Source of the DNA: Candidatus Zhuqueibacterota bacterium
GTDB lineage: Bacteria > Zhuqueibacterota > Zhuqueibacteria > Thermofontimicrobiales > Thermofontimicrobiaceae
Direction of reading: 5' to 3'
DNA: 64,000 nt
Assembly: GCA_049322915.1 (NCBI GenBank)
Contig: JBMOPW010000032.1
Coordinates: 32,001 to 96,000 of the forward strand
The notes under the pieces: model-generated
What the model was told of the DNA's origin: nothing
The model's input: only the letters and a program-made list of their open reading frames with translations
Databases searched by the model: none
Program-made: the position numbers and the translations under genes
In this document: positions 40,259-50,560 of the stretch, one piece after another
How the letters are laid out: each line of letters opens with the position of its first letter
How positions within the stretch are numbered: the first letter of the stretch is position 1

Positions 40259-41068
40259 ATGACTATGAGCCCGAAATTAATAGATATTCATTCCCATATT
40301 CTTCCCTTCATCGATGACGGTTCGGAAAACTGGGAAAGTTCCCTTAGCATGCTGCAGAATGGTGAGAAGGAAGGTATTGTTGCCATTGTTGCGACGCCCC
40401 ATGTGCTGAGCCAGACAGATTTTAAATCGGAACAAAAGATTATTGACGCCTATCTTGAACTGCAACGTCGGGCTGTTCAGGCCGGACTCAAAATAAAAAT
40501 TTATTTGGGATGTGAAATTTATGCTCAGCATGACACGTCCCTGAACTACCAGATCGCGACTTTGAATAACAATAAAAAGTACTTTCTGATGGAATTTCCG
40601 ATGAGCAGCATACCCCGTTTTGTCCCTGAGATGTTTTTCAAATTCATCGTGAATGAAAAAATTCCCATTGTGGCGCACCCGGAGCGGAATCTCGGTTTTC
40701 AAATGAAACCCATGCTTGTGTACGACTATGTGCAGCGCGGCGCGCTCATGCAAATCAACGAGGGCAGTTTACGGGGAAAATATGGCCAGCATGCTCAAAT
40801 GTTAGCCGTGAAAATGATCGAAAATAATCTGGCGCATTTTATCGCATCTGATGGTCACAAACCAGATGGCCGGACTGTGACGCTGTTGCAGAGTTACGAG
40901 GCCGTTGCAAAAAATTTCGGCAAAGACAAGGCAGAACTCCTGTTCTGCCTGAATCCCAAAAAGGCCATCAATGGCGAGCCCATTATCAACGACAATCCCC
41001 TTCCGATCGAGAGTGAATTGAAGCCAAAATTCTGGCAGAAGTTCAAGTGGTTCAAGAAAAGCATTTAA
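40259..41068 (+). CDS. PHP-family protein-tyrosine phosphatase (CpsB/CapC/YwqE-like)
   Basis: IDIHSHILPFIDDGS, ATPH, AHPERN, IASDGH. Confidence 0.9.
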   Translation: MTMSPKLIDIHSHILPFIDDGSENWESSLSMLQNGEKEGIVAIVATPHVLSQTDFKSEQKIIDAYLELQRRAVQAGLKIKIYLGCEIYAQHDTSLNYQIATLNNNKKYFLMEFPMSSIPRFVPEMFFKFIVNEKIPIVAHPERNLGFQMKPMLVYDYVQRGALMQINEGSLRGKYGQHAQMLAVKMIENNLAHFIASDGHKPDGRTVTLLQSYEAVAKNFGKDKAELLFCLNPKKAINGEPIINDNPLPIESELKPKFWQKFKWFKKSI

Positions 41069-41174
41069 TTTGACGATTGTGTTTACTGCGTTATTTTTTA
41101 CCACCGCCTTGATTTCACTGGTACGCTCATATTCCCGGCATCCTCAACGCAAGGGAAAATAAATTAAAATTTTC

Positions 41175-41202
41175 TTGATTATTTTGCAATTAATGTTATA
41201 TT
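41175..41202 (+). promoter_or_regulatory. sigma70-type (extended -10) promoter of sensor kinase
   Basis: TTGATT-16 nt-TATATT with TGn. Confidence 0.5.
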
Positions 41203-41287
41203 CCACATACACCAGACCTGATCATGGCCACGAGTCGGAAACAGGTATTTTACAGTAACGACAACGGTTAAAGTACGGGTATAGCCC

Positions 41288-43825
41288 ATGCTGAGACGAA
41301 TGCCACTTTTCCAGATAGCATTAATTTTTATCCTGCAAAATTTCTTCCTTCTGTCTCTGACTTATTCCGCAGACAATGAATTGTACTATCGATTGAAAGA
41401 GCGTTGGGTTCGTAATTTCGACAATGTCCTTCCCATTGATATTAATAATGATGGCATTGATGAGCTTGCCATTCAAAACGGAGGTCAGATAGACATCAAT
41501 GATATTGGCTTAAATAATTATGACAGAAGTTTTCGGATCGCAGCGCCGACACAATATCAAATTACTCCCCTTTTGACGGCAACGAAAAATTCGCTCCTGT
41601 TCTTGATGTCGTATTTGAATGAAGATTCCTGCGTGCATAAAGTTTTATTGCCCACCAATCTCACGCGTGGACAGAGCATCCCCATAGACTCGCTAAAACC
41701 ACTTATTTCATTTTATAGATCAGACAGCGCATCCCGGTTCGATTTCAGGGAATCTTTAGAGTTGTTAGGAAGCTATGCCACTAAATCCGGTGATAACATT
41801 ACGTTGTTTAATAAAATGACACCCTGGGATGCGAAAGGTACAAGAGGACTCATCGCTTATGATATTTATAAAGGTAGGGTGATTTGGCAGCGAGAGTCTG
41901 CTTCGGTCATTCATTGTTTTCAGTTGGATGATATCGATGGCGATGATGAAGTTGAAATAATTGTGGGTTCGTACGCCAACCGAAACGGAGTGAGGGGTGG
42001 CGGGATGACTGATGACAGCAGTTACGTGATTATCTACGAGGCAGATGGCACAGAAAAATGGCGGCGGGCAACAGGTCCGTATTGGACAGGGGCATGGACG
42101 GGTGCGGGTAATTTTAAAAATAATCAGCGGAAAAAATTGGTTATCCATCAATATAGCTTAAGAATTACCTCTGCCAACCAGGATGAAATTTATATCGTTG
42201 ATCCCCGGACAGGCGACATGATTGTACCTCCTAAAAGGATAGGAAATCAATTGACTCGTTCCGATAATACATTTTTAAATATCTGTCACGATTTTGACGG
42301 CGATGGTTCAGATGAAATTGTCATCGGCAGCACCGATGGCTTTGTTCGATTGCTCAATGGTGATTTGTCAGTAACACAAAATTCCGAATCATTTGAAAAA
42401 AAGTATGTCCAGATCAGTGCAGTTGAAGACCTGGATGGTGATGGATTATTGGAAGTTGTTTGCGTTATTCCAAACGAACGAATTATTATTCTGAATCATC
42501 AACTTAAAACTCTTTTTTCCTGGCCACTACCTGTTCCGACTAATGCTCGAGTAAAAGTTATTCATGGCGACAGAAAAGCTTACCTGCTTGTTTCTTTAAC
42601 TCAGGAGTCCCAAAGTGTATACCGTTTGTTCGAATTGCAGCGATCAATCTACCCTTTCGAGCAGGTTGAAAAAGTAAAAAGCCTTTCCCTCTGGGTGGTG
42701 GCAGCCTGTATACTCGTTCTCTTCATTATTTTAATTCGAAATCTTTTTTTTGGGACAAAGGCAAAAAAAATCCTTCCCGAATTGCTGGAACAGGCGAACC
42801 TGCTGGATCATTGCCTGCTGGTCACAAAAGCTGGCATGATGTATGAGGTTGGAAAATTATGGAAATCTCTATTCCAAATTCAGATCCTCAATCCCGGCGG
42901 GAAGCATTGGACTGAAATGTTCAAAGCAGATTCATTGAATCAGGTGAAGACTATTTTATCTGAATTTATCGAACACCGGTCCAATGAAAAATCGCTCATG
43001 ATATCGATCCGGGGTAATGGAGAGCAAATAGCGATTCGGTTGAAATCGCTGTATTTACCAAATGTTAAATCATTTTGCTTCATGATATTTGATATGTCCG
43101 AAGAAGCGCATGTTCGGCAGGTGAAGCACTGGGCTCAGGTGGCGCAACGGTTGGCTCATGGCATAAAAAATCCTCTTACCACTGTGAAGCTGAATGCTGA
43201 AGAGCTTCGACATGTGCTCAGAAAGAATTGCCGGGAAAAAATTCCGGATATCGATGATTATTTTGATGCCATGATCCACCAGGTAAATAAATTGAAAAAA
43301 ATGAGCGATGGCTTCATGCAATTTGTGGAATTTGAAAAGCCGAATTTACGAAGCGCCGATTTAAATGAAAAAATTAGTGAATTGGTGAATTTGTGGAAGC
43401 CGGAAAAATCAGCAGGAATAGAAATCGAGCTGGAGCTTGACGAAGGACTGGCCCCGACAATGCTCGACGTGCAGCAATTTGAATTCGCTCTGAAAAATGT
43501 CTTTTTTAATGCAATGGAAAGCATGCCAAACGGCGGGCGTATTTTAATTTCGACACGACGGGTCAGACTGTTGAACAGCGACAAAGGGCATTCGGCTAAA
43601 AATTATAATGAACTACAAATCAGGGATACCGGCTGCGGAATTCCGCCTGAGTTTCTGGAAAAAGTGACCCAGCCGTATTTCACCAGAAATAAAATTGAAG
43701 GCACCGGCCTGGGGCTGAGCATCGTTCAAAAAATTATGGATTCGCACGAAGGCCAACTGGAAATTTTTAGCGAGGTTGATTTCGGCACAACAGTCTCTCT
43801 TCGGTTCAGAATAAAGTCGGATTGA
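41288..43825 (+). CDS. Sensor histidine kinase with extracytoplasmic FG-GAP/VCBS beta-propeller
   Basis: Signal sequence; DINNDGIDE, DIDGDDEVEIIVG, DFDGDGSDEIVIG, DLDGDGLLEVV repeats; TM; H-box AQRLAHGIKNPL; NAMES, DTGCGIP, GTGLGLSI. Confidence 0.9.
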   Translation: MLRRMPLFQIALIFILQNFFLLSLTYSADNELYYRLKERWVRNFDNVLPIDINNDGIDELAIQNGGQIDINDIGLNNYDRSFRIAAPTQYQITPLLTATKNSLLFLMSYLNEDSCVHKVLLPTNLTRGQSIPIDSLKPLISFYRSDSASRFDFRESLELLGSYATKSGDNITLFNKMTPWDAKGTRGLIAYDIYKGRVIWQRESASVIHCFQLDDIDGDDEVEIIVGSYANRNGVRGGGMTDDSSYVIIYEADGTEKWRRATGPYWTGAWTGAGNFKNNQRKKLVIHQYSLRITSANQDEIYIVDPRTGDMIVPPKRIGNQLTRSDNTFLNICHDFDGDGSDEIVIGSTDGFVRLLNGDLSVTQNSESFEKKYVQISAVEDLDGDGLLEVVCVIPNERIIILNHQLKTLFSWPLPVPTNARVKVIHGDRKAYLLVSLTQESQSVYRLFELQRSIYPFEQVEKVKSLSLWVVAACILVLFIILIRNLFFGTKAKKILPELLEQANLLDHCLLVTKAGMMYEVGKLWKSLFQIQILNPGGKHWTEMFKADSLNQVKTILSEFIEHRSNEKSLMISIRGNGEQIAIRLKSLYLPNVKSFCFMIFDMSEEAHVRQVKHWAQVAQRLAHGIKNPLTTVKLNAEELRHVLRKNCREKIPDIDDYFDAMIHQVNKLKKMSDGFMQFVEFEKPNLRSADLNEKISELVNLWKPEKSAGIEIELELDEGLAPTMLDVQQFEFALKNVFFNAMESMPNGGRILISTRRVRLLNSDKGHSAKNYNELQIRDTGCGIPPEFLEKVTQPYFTRNKIEGTGLGLSIVQKIMDSHEGQLEIFSEVDFGTTVSLRFRIKSD

Positions 43826-43867
43826 AAAATCAGAAAATATTACATAAAAGTTGAAATGATGAGTCCC

Positions 43868-43883
43868 TGGCATACGGATTGCA
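43868..43883 (+). promoter_or_regulatory. sigma54 (-24/-12) promoter candidate
   Basis: TGGCAT-ACGGA-TTGCA with exact GG-N10-GC spacing, 60 nt upstream of the activator gene. Confidence 0.65.
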
Positions 43884-43943
43884 TATTTAGCTTTGCTTCA
43901 CGAAAGATAACTAAAAGATGAACCCCAACTACAGCCATATTCA

Positions 43944-45302
43944 ATGACGCCAGGAGCTAAAATACTAATTACTGATGATGATACTTCTATTTGCCAAATT
44001 CTCAATAAAATATTATCCGGTGAAAATTATAATGTTTGGGAAGCGCACTCCGGTGTTGAGGTGCTTCGAATGGTTTCTGAAAATGATTTCGATTTAATTC
44101 TACTCGATTTGCAAATGCCGAGCATGAGCGGAATTGAAGTCGCCCAAAGAGTCATTGCCGAACACCCCCAGATCCCCATTGTCCTCATTTCTGCCTATGG
44201 AACCGTTTCTAAAGCCGTGGAAGCGACAAAAATTGGTGTGTACGATTTTCTGGAGAAACCCCCGGATCGCGACCGGATTCTTGTCACCGTTCAGAATGCA
44301 CTTGCTCATGGTCAATTACAGAAGGAATTATCTCTTTACAAAAAGGATTATCTCGATCGGTTCAAGATGGTGGGGCAATCTCCCCAAATACAAGAAGTGT
44401 ACAGCCTCATCGAAAAAGTGGGACCGACCGAGTCTTCCATTCTCATTATGGGCGAAAATGGTTCGGGAAAAGAACTGGTAGCCCAGGCGATTCATCAATG
44501 CAGTGCACGGAAGGATCGGCCACTTGTGAAAATGAACTGCGCTGCTGTCCCTGATAACCTCTTGGAGAGCGAGCTATTTGGGCATACCAAAGGAGCATTC
44601 ACCGGCGCCTATTTTGCGAAAAAAGGCCGCATCCAGGCCGCCCATGGAGGAACTCTGCTCCTGGATGAAATAGGCGATATGAGTCCATCCGCTCAGGCAA
44701 AGGTGCTGCGCTTTTTAGAGAGCGGTGAAATTCAGCAGGTCGGGTCCACAGAAATCGCCACAGTGAATGTGCGCGTGGTCGCTGCCTCCAATAAAAATAT
44801 TCTAAAGATGGTTGAAGAAAAGTCGTTCCGTGAGGATTTATTTTATCGATTGAATGTTTTTTCAATTACCGTTCCCCCGCTCCGGGATCGGAAAGAGGAC
44901 ATCCCGCTGTTGCTGGATTATTTTATTGAAAGATGTTCGGATGCCAATGGCGTCAATCGGCCAAGGCTGTCTCCTTCAGCGCTGAATTATCTTCGTGGCT
45001 TTGACTGGCCTGGTAATGTTCGCCAACTCAGGAATTTTGTCGAGCGGTTGATGGTTATGAAAGAGGGAGATTTGATAGAGTTGAGCGCCGTGCGGCAACT
45101 GTTATCCCCAAGGGATAGACAATCGAATGTGCCGGATTCAATCCGCTCCCTCCATAATGCGCGCCAGGAATTCGAGCGCGACTATATTCTGAGTGTGCTG
45201 GAGTGCAATGAATGGCGCGTGGCGAAAGTGGCGGAAATTCTTGGCGTGGACAGAGTGAATCTATATCGAAAAATGAGGCAACTGGGAATAAGCGGGAAGT
45301 GA
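43944..45302 (+). CDS. sigma54-dependent response regulator (NtrC/AtoC/NtrX family)
   Basis: REC (ILLDLQMP); [39 protein letters not shown]; Fis-type HTH. Confidence 0.95.
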   Translation: MTPGAKILITDDDTSICQILNKILSGENYNVWEAHSGVEVLRMVSENDFDLILLDLQMPSMSGIEVAQRVIAEHPQIPIVLISAYGTVSKAVEATKIGVYDFLEKPPDRDRILVTVQNALAHGQLQKELSLYKKDYLDRFKMVGQSPQIQEVYSLIEKVGPTESSILIMGENGSGKELVAQAIHQCSARKDRPLVKMNCAAVPDNLLESELFGHTKGAFTGAYFAKKGRIQAAHGGTLLLDEIGDMSPSAQAKVLRFLESGEIQQVGSTEIATVNVRVVAASNKNILKMVEEKSFREDLFYRLNVFSITVPPLRDRKEDIPLLLDYFIERCSDANGVNRPRLSPSALNYLRGFDWPGNVRQLRNFVERLMVMKEGDLIELSAVRQLLSPRDRQSNVPDSIRSLHNARQEFERDYILSVLECNEWRVAKVAEILGVDRVNLYRKMRQLGISGK

Positions 45303-45372
45303 TTCTGAAAATGTAATAAAAATGAAACAAACGCTGTAGTATTTTTGACGACAGCGAAATATATTGAAAATT

Positions 45373-45402
45373 AAAGGGATGCCGGTGGGTATCCTTTTTT
45401 TT
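45373..45402 (+). terminator. Rho-independent terminator
   Basis: AAAGGGATGCC-loop-GGTATCCTTT followed by T run. Confidence 0.75.
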
Positions 45403-45423
45403 GTGGCAAAAGTGCCTGTTCAA

Positions 45424-45517
45424 GCGCCGCTCAAGGTCGATGTTTTATTGTATAGCGACATCAGTGACTATGAGTTGAAAAAAAGTCGATCAGGGAGTTG
45501 TGATTTATGAAAGATGA
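45424..45517 (+). pseudogene. 3' remnant of minimal nucleotidyltransferase (MNT) gene
   Basis: APLKVDVLLYSDISDYELKK, frameshift in A-run, VDQGVVIYER*; resembles MNT C-termini and overlaps the ATG of the HEPN remnant. Confidence 0.55.
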
Positions 45518-45761
45518 TGGGATGCAAAAGCTGCTTTCTGATTTTTCCTGGGCTTACAACCGGCTAAATGAAGGATAGAATTCAAATAGTCAGGAGAATC
45601 TCTTGATTGATGTCGCGGATCAAAGATTCGAATTTATATTTGAGTTAAGCAGGAAATTGATGAAGCGCTAATTGAATTATCAGGGCGTCGAGGTGAACAA
45701 TCCTCTTCTCAGGTCTTTATTAAAACTGATGGAACAGGATATTAAAAAAGAGATGGATTGA
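45507..45761 (+). pseudogene. HI0074-family HEPN (nucleotidyltransferase substrate-binding) pseudogene
   Basis: MKDDGMQKLLSDFSWAYNRLNEG*NSNSQENLLIDVADQRFEFIFELSRKLMKR*LNYQGVEVNNP; in-frame stops at 45576 and 45669. Confidence 0.75.
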
Positions 45762-45827
45762 AAATTGACTCCGCGTGTCAGAAAATCCAGCCTATAAACT
45801 TTCCTCACCCACCTTCCCAATTTTCTC

Positions 45828-45856
45828 TTGACTATTACCCCAATTTATGCTATATT
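45828..45856 (+). promoter_or_regulatory. sigma70-type extended -10 promoter
   Basis: TTGACT-17 nt-TATATT with TGn. Confidence 0.7.
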
Positions 45857-45925
45857 TTACCGCTTTTTTGTGACAGGTCCGAGCATTACATACACTCATT
45901 ATTTAAAATATCTGGAGGGGTTGGA

Positions 45926-46990
45926 TTGAAGACAGATTTCAACACAATTGATGATAGCTATGATTTAGTCATACATTTGTTGAGCTTCTCCTATTTCTTT
46001 GGTGATTATTCCGTTGTCTTTCATGTCATGAATACCAATTCGACGGTTCATCTCTCAATTAAAAAAGGAGATATTGCTGCGCTGCGGAAATTTGCAGTGC
46101 GTAACTGGGTAAATTTTGAAGCGATCCCGGCGGATCAGCGCCAGGAGTTGGATTCAATTTACTCTGAAATCACTTCTAAATACGGGCAGCAACTGAAAAA
46201 TCAGTTGGCGCCTCTGCCGACGGAATTTCTGACCGATCTGGGAAAACGCGCGCTTGGTTTTGGTCATTACAAAGATGCCTATGCGGCATTCAATGCGATC
46301 AAGGCGCATGATAAACAAGTCAATGAATCATTGGTTCAGGCCGGGGAATTATTGCAGTCGAAGGAGGTCAACAATCCATCAGCCGACGCTGAAACCAGCA
46401 AGGATTCCGCATTTTATGTGAAAGTCTCTCAGGCTGTTGATGCTGTGTATGAGGCTGTGAAATTGAAAAACCCCTTTGGCGGACAGTTTCAAGACCTGGG
46501 TCCGGATTTACACATGAAGGATACCGAGAGCATGCGGAAGTTCATCAAATATGTGGAATTGAATCTATTGAAAGAGCTCATCGAATTTTCCATCAGTTAT
46601 CTTCTCGATGATCGGCAAATTGCGGATCGAATCATCCCGGCTCTGTCCAGTGGGAAAGTTCGAAAAATTTTCCTGCGTCAGTTAGCAGCGAAATTTTCAC
46701 TCGGAGAAGAACGATATAGCCAATTTGTGGCGAACTATCAATCTGCTGTGGAAAAATTGAAGACCGCTAAAACCGAGGTCGATTATTTTATCGTTCAAAA
46801 GACGTTGCTCGGGAGAGGTACCGGTGAAAATGTGGCGCACCAATTTCTCAGGGAGCTTTGTTTGGAGCATCCAATCAGCGCGATGCTCGTATTGCGTCAG
46901 CCGACGCCGGGAGGGAACGTCATCATCGCGCCGATAATGCTCAAATCGGGCGTTTCGCTAATGGATTTTCTTGAACTGGGCAATGTGTGA
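45926..46990 (+). CDS. Hypothetical soluble, mostly alpha-helical protein
   Basis: Long ORF; TTG start after GGAGG; own promoter; no motif recognised. Confidence 0.75.
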   Translation: MKTDFNTIDDSYDLVIHLLSFSYFFGDYSVVFHVMNTNSTVHLSIKKGDIAALRKFAVRNWVNFEAIPADQRQELDSIYSEITSKYGQQLKNQLAPLPTEFLTDLGKRALGFGHYKDAYAAFNAIKAHDKQVNESLVQAGELLQSKEVNNPSADAETSKDSAFYVKVSQAVDAVYEAVKLKNPFGGQFQDLGPDLHMKDTESMRKFIKYVELNLLKELIEFSISYLLDDRQIADRIIPALSSGKVRKIFLRQLAAKFSLGEERYSQFVANYQSAVEKLKTAKTEVDYFIVQKTLLGRGTGENVAHQFLRELCLEHPISAMLVLRQPTPGGNVIIAPIMLKSGVSLMDFLELGNV

Positions 46991-47202
46991 TTGGACACTG
47001 CAGTTCCTGAATGTTTTTCGAGCAGAGTTTTTTTCCCGGGAGGTTTCTCAGAAAAACTCACTTCAAAATTCGGATACTTCAAAAATGAGTCCACTCTAAA
47101 GAGCCAATCTGCGGCAGTGTTTTTTCAGAGTGTACTTAAAAATAAAAAAAAGGAAATCGGCATTGGCTGTTTTCCTTTTTATTTATCGGAGGGAAGGTTT
47201 CT

Positions 47203-50200
47203 GTGTCATTTGAGGATAATCGATTTTATCTTGGAATTGATGTCGGTTCAGTGAGCATTAAATTGTGTCTTGTGAGCAGCGAAATCAACGGGTCAGTCTT
47301 ATCCGATATTTATCATTCGAATCCCACTCAATTTCACCCGCCGTTTTTTCATCAGATTCCCCAACAGGGCATGTATTCTTTTTTGCTGACAACCTACCAA
47401 CGGATCCAGGGTGAGCCACTCAAAGCCGCGGTGAATTTACTGTTGCCATTGCTATCCCTGCTGCCGGAAAAATTTGAGATTAATCTTTCAGCGACAGGAG
47501 CTGGCGGAAAAATCATTTCCCGGGTGCTGAATATTCCATACGAAAATGAGTTTCGGGCGATTGCCCGAGGGGTTGGTATTTTTCATCCCGAAGTCAGGAC
47601 GGTACTGGAAATTGGAGGCGACAGTTCGAAATACATTGTCCTGGACAAAATTGATTCCGAAACCACCGGCATTCTGGATTACGAAGTCAACGGCGAATGC
47701 GCTGCCGGAACCGGCTCGTTCATCGATCAGCAGGCGTCGCGGTTGTTGTATGCTGTGGAAGAAGTCGGCGGTATTGTGATGAGAGCCGGCAAGCCGGCGA
47801 ACATTGCCGGCCGTTGTTCGGTATTCGCGAAGTCCGACATGATTCATGCGCAGCAAAAAGGATTTCAGCCGCCGGAAATACTCAAAGGATTGTGCCAGGC
47901 GGTGGTCAGAAATTTCAAAGGGGCCATCATCAAGGGGAAGGAAGTGATCCCGCCTGTCGCGTTCATTGGCGGCGTGGCAGCAAATCGGGGAATCGTGGCG
48001 GCGGTGAAAGAGCTGTTTCAGTTGGAGGAAGACTCGCTGATTGTCCCGACGTATTATGCGTGGCTGGAATCGATTGGGACTGCGTTGCTCGCCGGCGGCC
48101 AGTCCGATTTTCGCTCCGTTGAAATTTTAAAAAATTCGCTGCAGCAATCCGGCAATCAATCCAAGCAATTTGATGTGATGGAGCCGATTCGCCGGGATAA
48201 ATTGCTGCTCATGCGGGAAAAAGAGATCCCGATTGAGTTGAAAAAGACATCGGAGAAACTATCCGTTTATATTGGCATTGATATTGGATCTGTCACCACC
48301 AAATTGGCGGTGATTGATGATTCCGGCAATCTGCTCAAAGGTATTTATACGAAAACCCAGGCCCGACCCATTGAAGTCGTGACAAAAGGTCTGGCTGAAA
48401 TCAGCCAGGAATTGGCTGAGCGAATTGATATCAAGGGCGTGGGAACCACCGGCTCCGGCCGCGAGTTAATCGGCGAACTCATCAGTGCGGACACGATCAA
48501 AGATGAGATCACTGCGCACAAAACAGGCGCCATGTACGTCAGCGAGACGATAACGCATATTGCGGTCGATACAATTTTCGATATTGGCGGACAGGATTCC
48601 AAATACATATCTCTTGAAGATGGCATTGTCGTTGATTTCACGATGAACGAAGCGTGCGCCGCCGGCACTGGGTCTTTTCTGGAGGAGCAGGCGGAAAAAT
48701 TGGGAATCAATATTCAGCGGGAATTTGCCGACCTCGCCTTTCAATCGACTCATCCCATTCGGCTGGGCGAGCGCTGTACTGTGTTCATGGAGAAAGAGAT
48801 CATCCCGTATCTGCAGCGAGGGGCGGAGAAAAAGGATATTGTCGCCGGACTGGCCTACTCCATTGTCACTAATTACCTCAATCGTGTTGTGGCCGGCCGG
48901 AGAATTGGAGATGTCATTTATTTTCAGGGCGGTACAGCCTACAATGACGCTGTGGCTGCTGCGTTCGCGACTGTTCTGAACAAGCAGGTGATTGTGCCTC
49001 CTTACAACGGAATTCTGGGCGCGATTGGCGCAGCGCTTCTCGCCCGCGAAAAGATGAAACGAACCGGAAAAACAACATTGTTTCGCGGATTCAATCTCGA
49101 ACACATCACCTATACCTTGCGTTCATTCACATGCAAGGGGTGCACCAATTTTTGTGATATTCAGGAATTCAATGTCGAAGGGAAAAAAACCTATTGGGGC
49201 GATAAATGCTCGGAGCGCTATCGGAAAGAAGTGAAGCTGGAACGGGAGCCGATTATTCCTGATTTATTGGCGGCAAAAGAGGCGCTGCTTCTGTCCGATT
49301 ATCGGGCGGAGGGTAGCCGCAAGCAGACGATCGGCATCCCACGAAGTATGTATTTTTATGACCAATTCCCGCTCTGGTACACCTATTTTCATGCGCTCGG
49401 TTTTCCAGTTGTAATTTCCGATGAAACAAACCGACAGATCGTCCACGCCGGCGTTGAAAGCAGGGTGGCGGAACCCTGCTTCCCGATTACTGTGGCGCAT
49501 GGGCATGTGACCAATCTGCTGCAAAAAAACGTGGACTTTGTCTTTGTCCCGAATGTCGTCGATGCCGAGACACAGTTCGGGAAGACCAATTCTTTCTTCT
49601 GTCCCTGGGGCCAGACCCTGTGTTACGTGCTTCGGGCGACGCCAGCCTTCATTCCGCATCGCGATAAAATTCTCTCTCCGACGATTCGCTACCGGCTTGG
49701 CATTGAAGAAGTAAAAAAGCAATTCAGCGAGATGGCGGAGCAGTTGGGGATTCGACGGCGCGATAGCGATCTGGCCATTGAAAAGGGCTACGCGCGCTGG
49801 CGCGAGGTGAATTCCAAACAGTTGCTCACTGGAAAAGAATCAGTGGAGAAAATTTTGCGCTCTGGTGCGCAGGCCATTGTGCTGCTCGGTCGCTCGTACA
49901 ACATCTACGATAAAATGGTGAACCTGAATGTCCCGGCCAAGCTGCACCAGTTTTACGGCATCAATATCATTCCATTGGATTACCTGGACATCGATTCGAT
50001 CGATATCTCTGATATCAATGACAACATGTACTGGAATTACGGGCGAAAGATTCTGCAGGTAGCGCGTTGGTCTTCTCAGTACGACTCGATTCATTTAATT
50101 TATATCACGAATTTCAAGTGCGGACCGGATTCCTATATCAAACATTATGTGCGCGAAGCGGCGAAAAAGCCCTATCTGACGATTCAGTTCGACGAGCACG

Positions 50201-50265
50201 GAAATGACGCCGGCATAATGACTCGCTGCGAGGCGTATCTCGATAGCAAAGGATTTTTACGGTAG
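47203..50265 (+). CDS. Acyl-CoA dehydratase activase (2x BadF/BadG/BcrA/BcrD ATPase + DUF2229-like)
   Basis: Two GIDxGSV..EIGG/DIGGQD..CAAGTGSF..RC domains; FTCKGCTNFC; EPCFP, FCPW, NFKCGPDS. Confidence 0.92.
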   Translation: MSFEDNRFYLGIDVGSVSIKLCLVSSEINGSVLSDIYHSNPTQFHPPFFHQIPQQGMYSFLLTTYQRIQGEPLKAAVNLLLPLLSLLPEKFEINLSATGAGGKIISRVLNIPYENEFRAIARGVGIFHPEVRTVLEIGGDSSKYIVLDKIDSETTGILDYEVNGECAAGTGSFIDQQASRLLYAVEEVGGIVMRAGKPANIAGRCSVFAKSDMIHAQQKGFQPPEILKGLCQAVVRNFKGAIIKGKEVIPPVAFIGGVAANRGIVAAVKELFQLEEDSLIVPTYYAWLESIGTALLAGGQSDFRSVEILKNSLQQSGNQSKQFDVMEPIRRDKLLLMREKEIPIELKKTSEKLSVYIGIDIGSVTTKLAVIDDSGNLLKGIYTKTQARPIEVVTKGLAEISQELAERIDIKGVGTTGSGRELIGELISADTIKDEITAHKTGAMYVSETITHIAVDTIFDIGGQDSKYISLEDGIVVDFTMNEACAAGTGSFLEEQAEKLGINIQREFADLAFQSTHPIRLGERCTVFMEKEIIPYLQRGAEKKDIVAGLAYSIVTNYLNRVVAGRRIGDVIYFQGGTAYNDAVAAAFATVLNKQVIVPPYNGILGAIGAALLAREKMKRTGKTTLFRGFNLEHITYTLRSFTCKGCTNFCDIQEFNVEGKKTYWGDKCSERYRKEVKLEREPIIPDLLAAKEALLLSDYRAEGSRKQTIGIPRSMYFYDQFPLWYTYFHALGFPVVISDETNRQIVHAGVESRVAEPCFPITVAHGHVTNLLQKNVDFVFVPNVVDAETQFGKTNSFFCPWGQTLCYVLRATPAFIPHRDKILSPTIRYRLGIEEVKKQFSEMAEQLGIRRRDSDLAIEKGYARWREVNSKQLLTGKESVEKILRSGAQAIVLLGRSYNIYDKMVNLNVPAKLHQFYGINIIPLDYLDIDSIDISDINDNMYWNYGRKILQVARWSSQYDSIHLIYITNFKCGPDSYIKHYVREAAKKPYLTIQFDEHGNDAGIMTRCEAYLDSKGFLR

Positions 50266-50363
50266 CCACTCTCTGAATCTGGAAAAACAGAAACCACGAT
50301 ATCGATAGTACTGTGTGGGTCAGGCTTTGGGACAAGTTCGCTTTCAGCGGGATGTTATGAGAT

Positions 50364-50402
50364 AAAATAAAAAGCCCCCGGGACACGGGGACTTTTTATT
50401 TT
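50364..50402. terminator. Bidirectional terminator between convergent units
   Basis: AAAATAAAAAGCCCCCG-loop-CGGGGACTTTTTATTTT. Confidence 0.8.
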
Positions 50403-50560
50403 GAGCGCATTGAAACGGAGGGTTATTTGATTCTTGAATGAAATCGCAATGGATTTTATCGTCAACATGTCAGAAATTCATCTCGATGGATCCCTCGTTT
50501 TGAAATGACGTCGATATTCCGGCGTCCCATAAATATGCACGAATCGACCCTGTTTACGCT

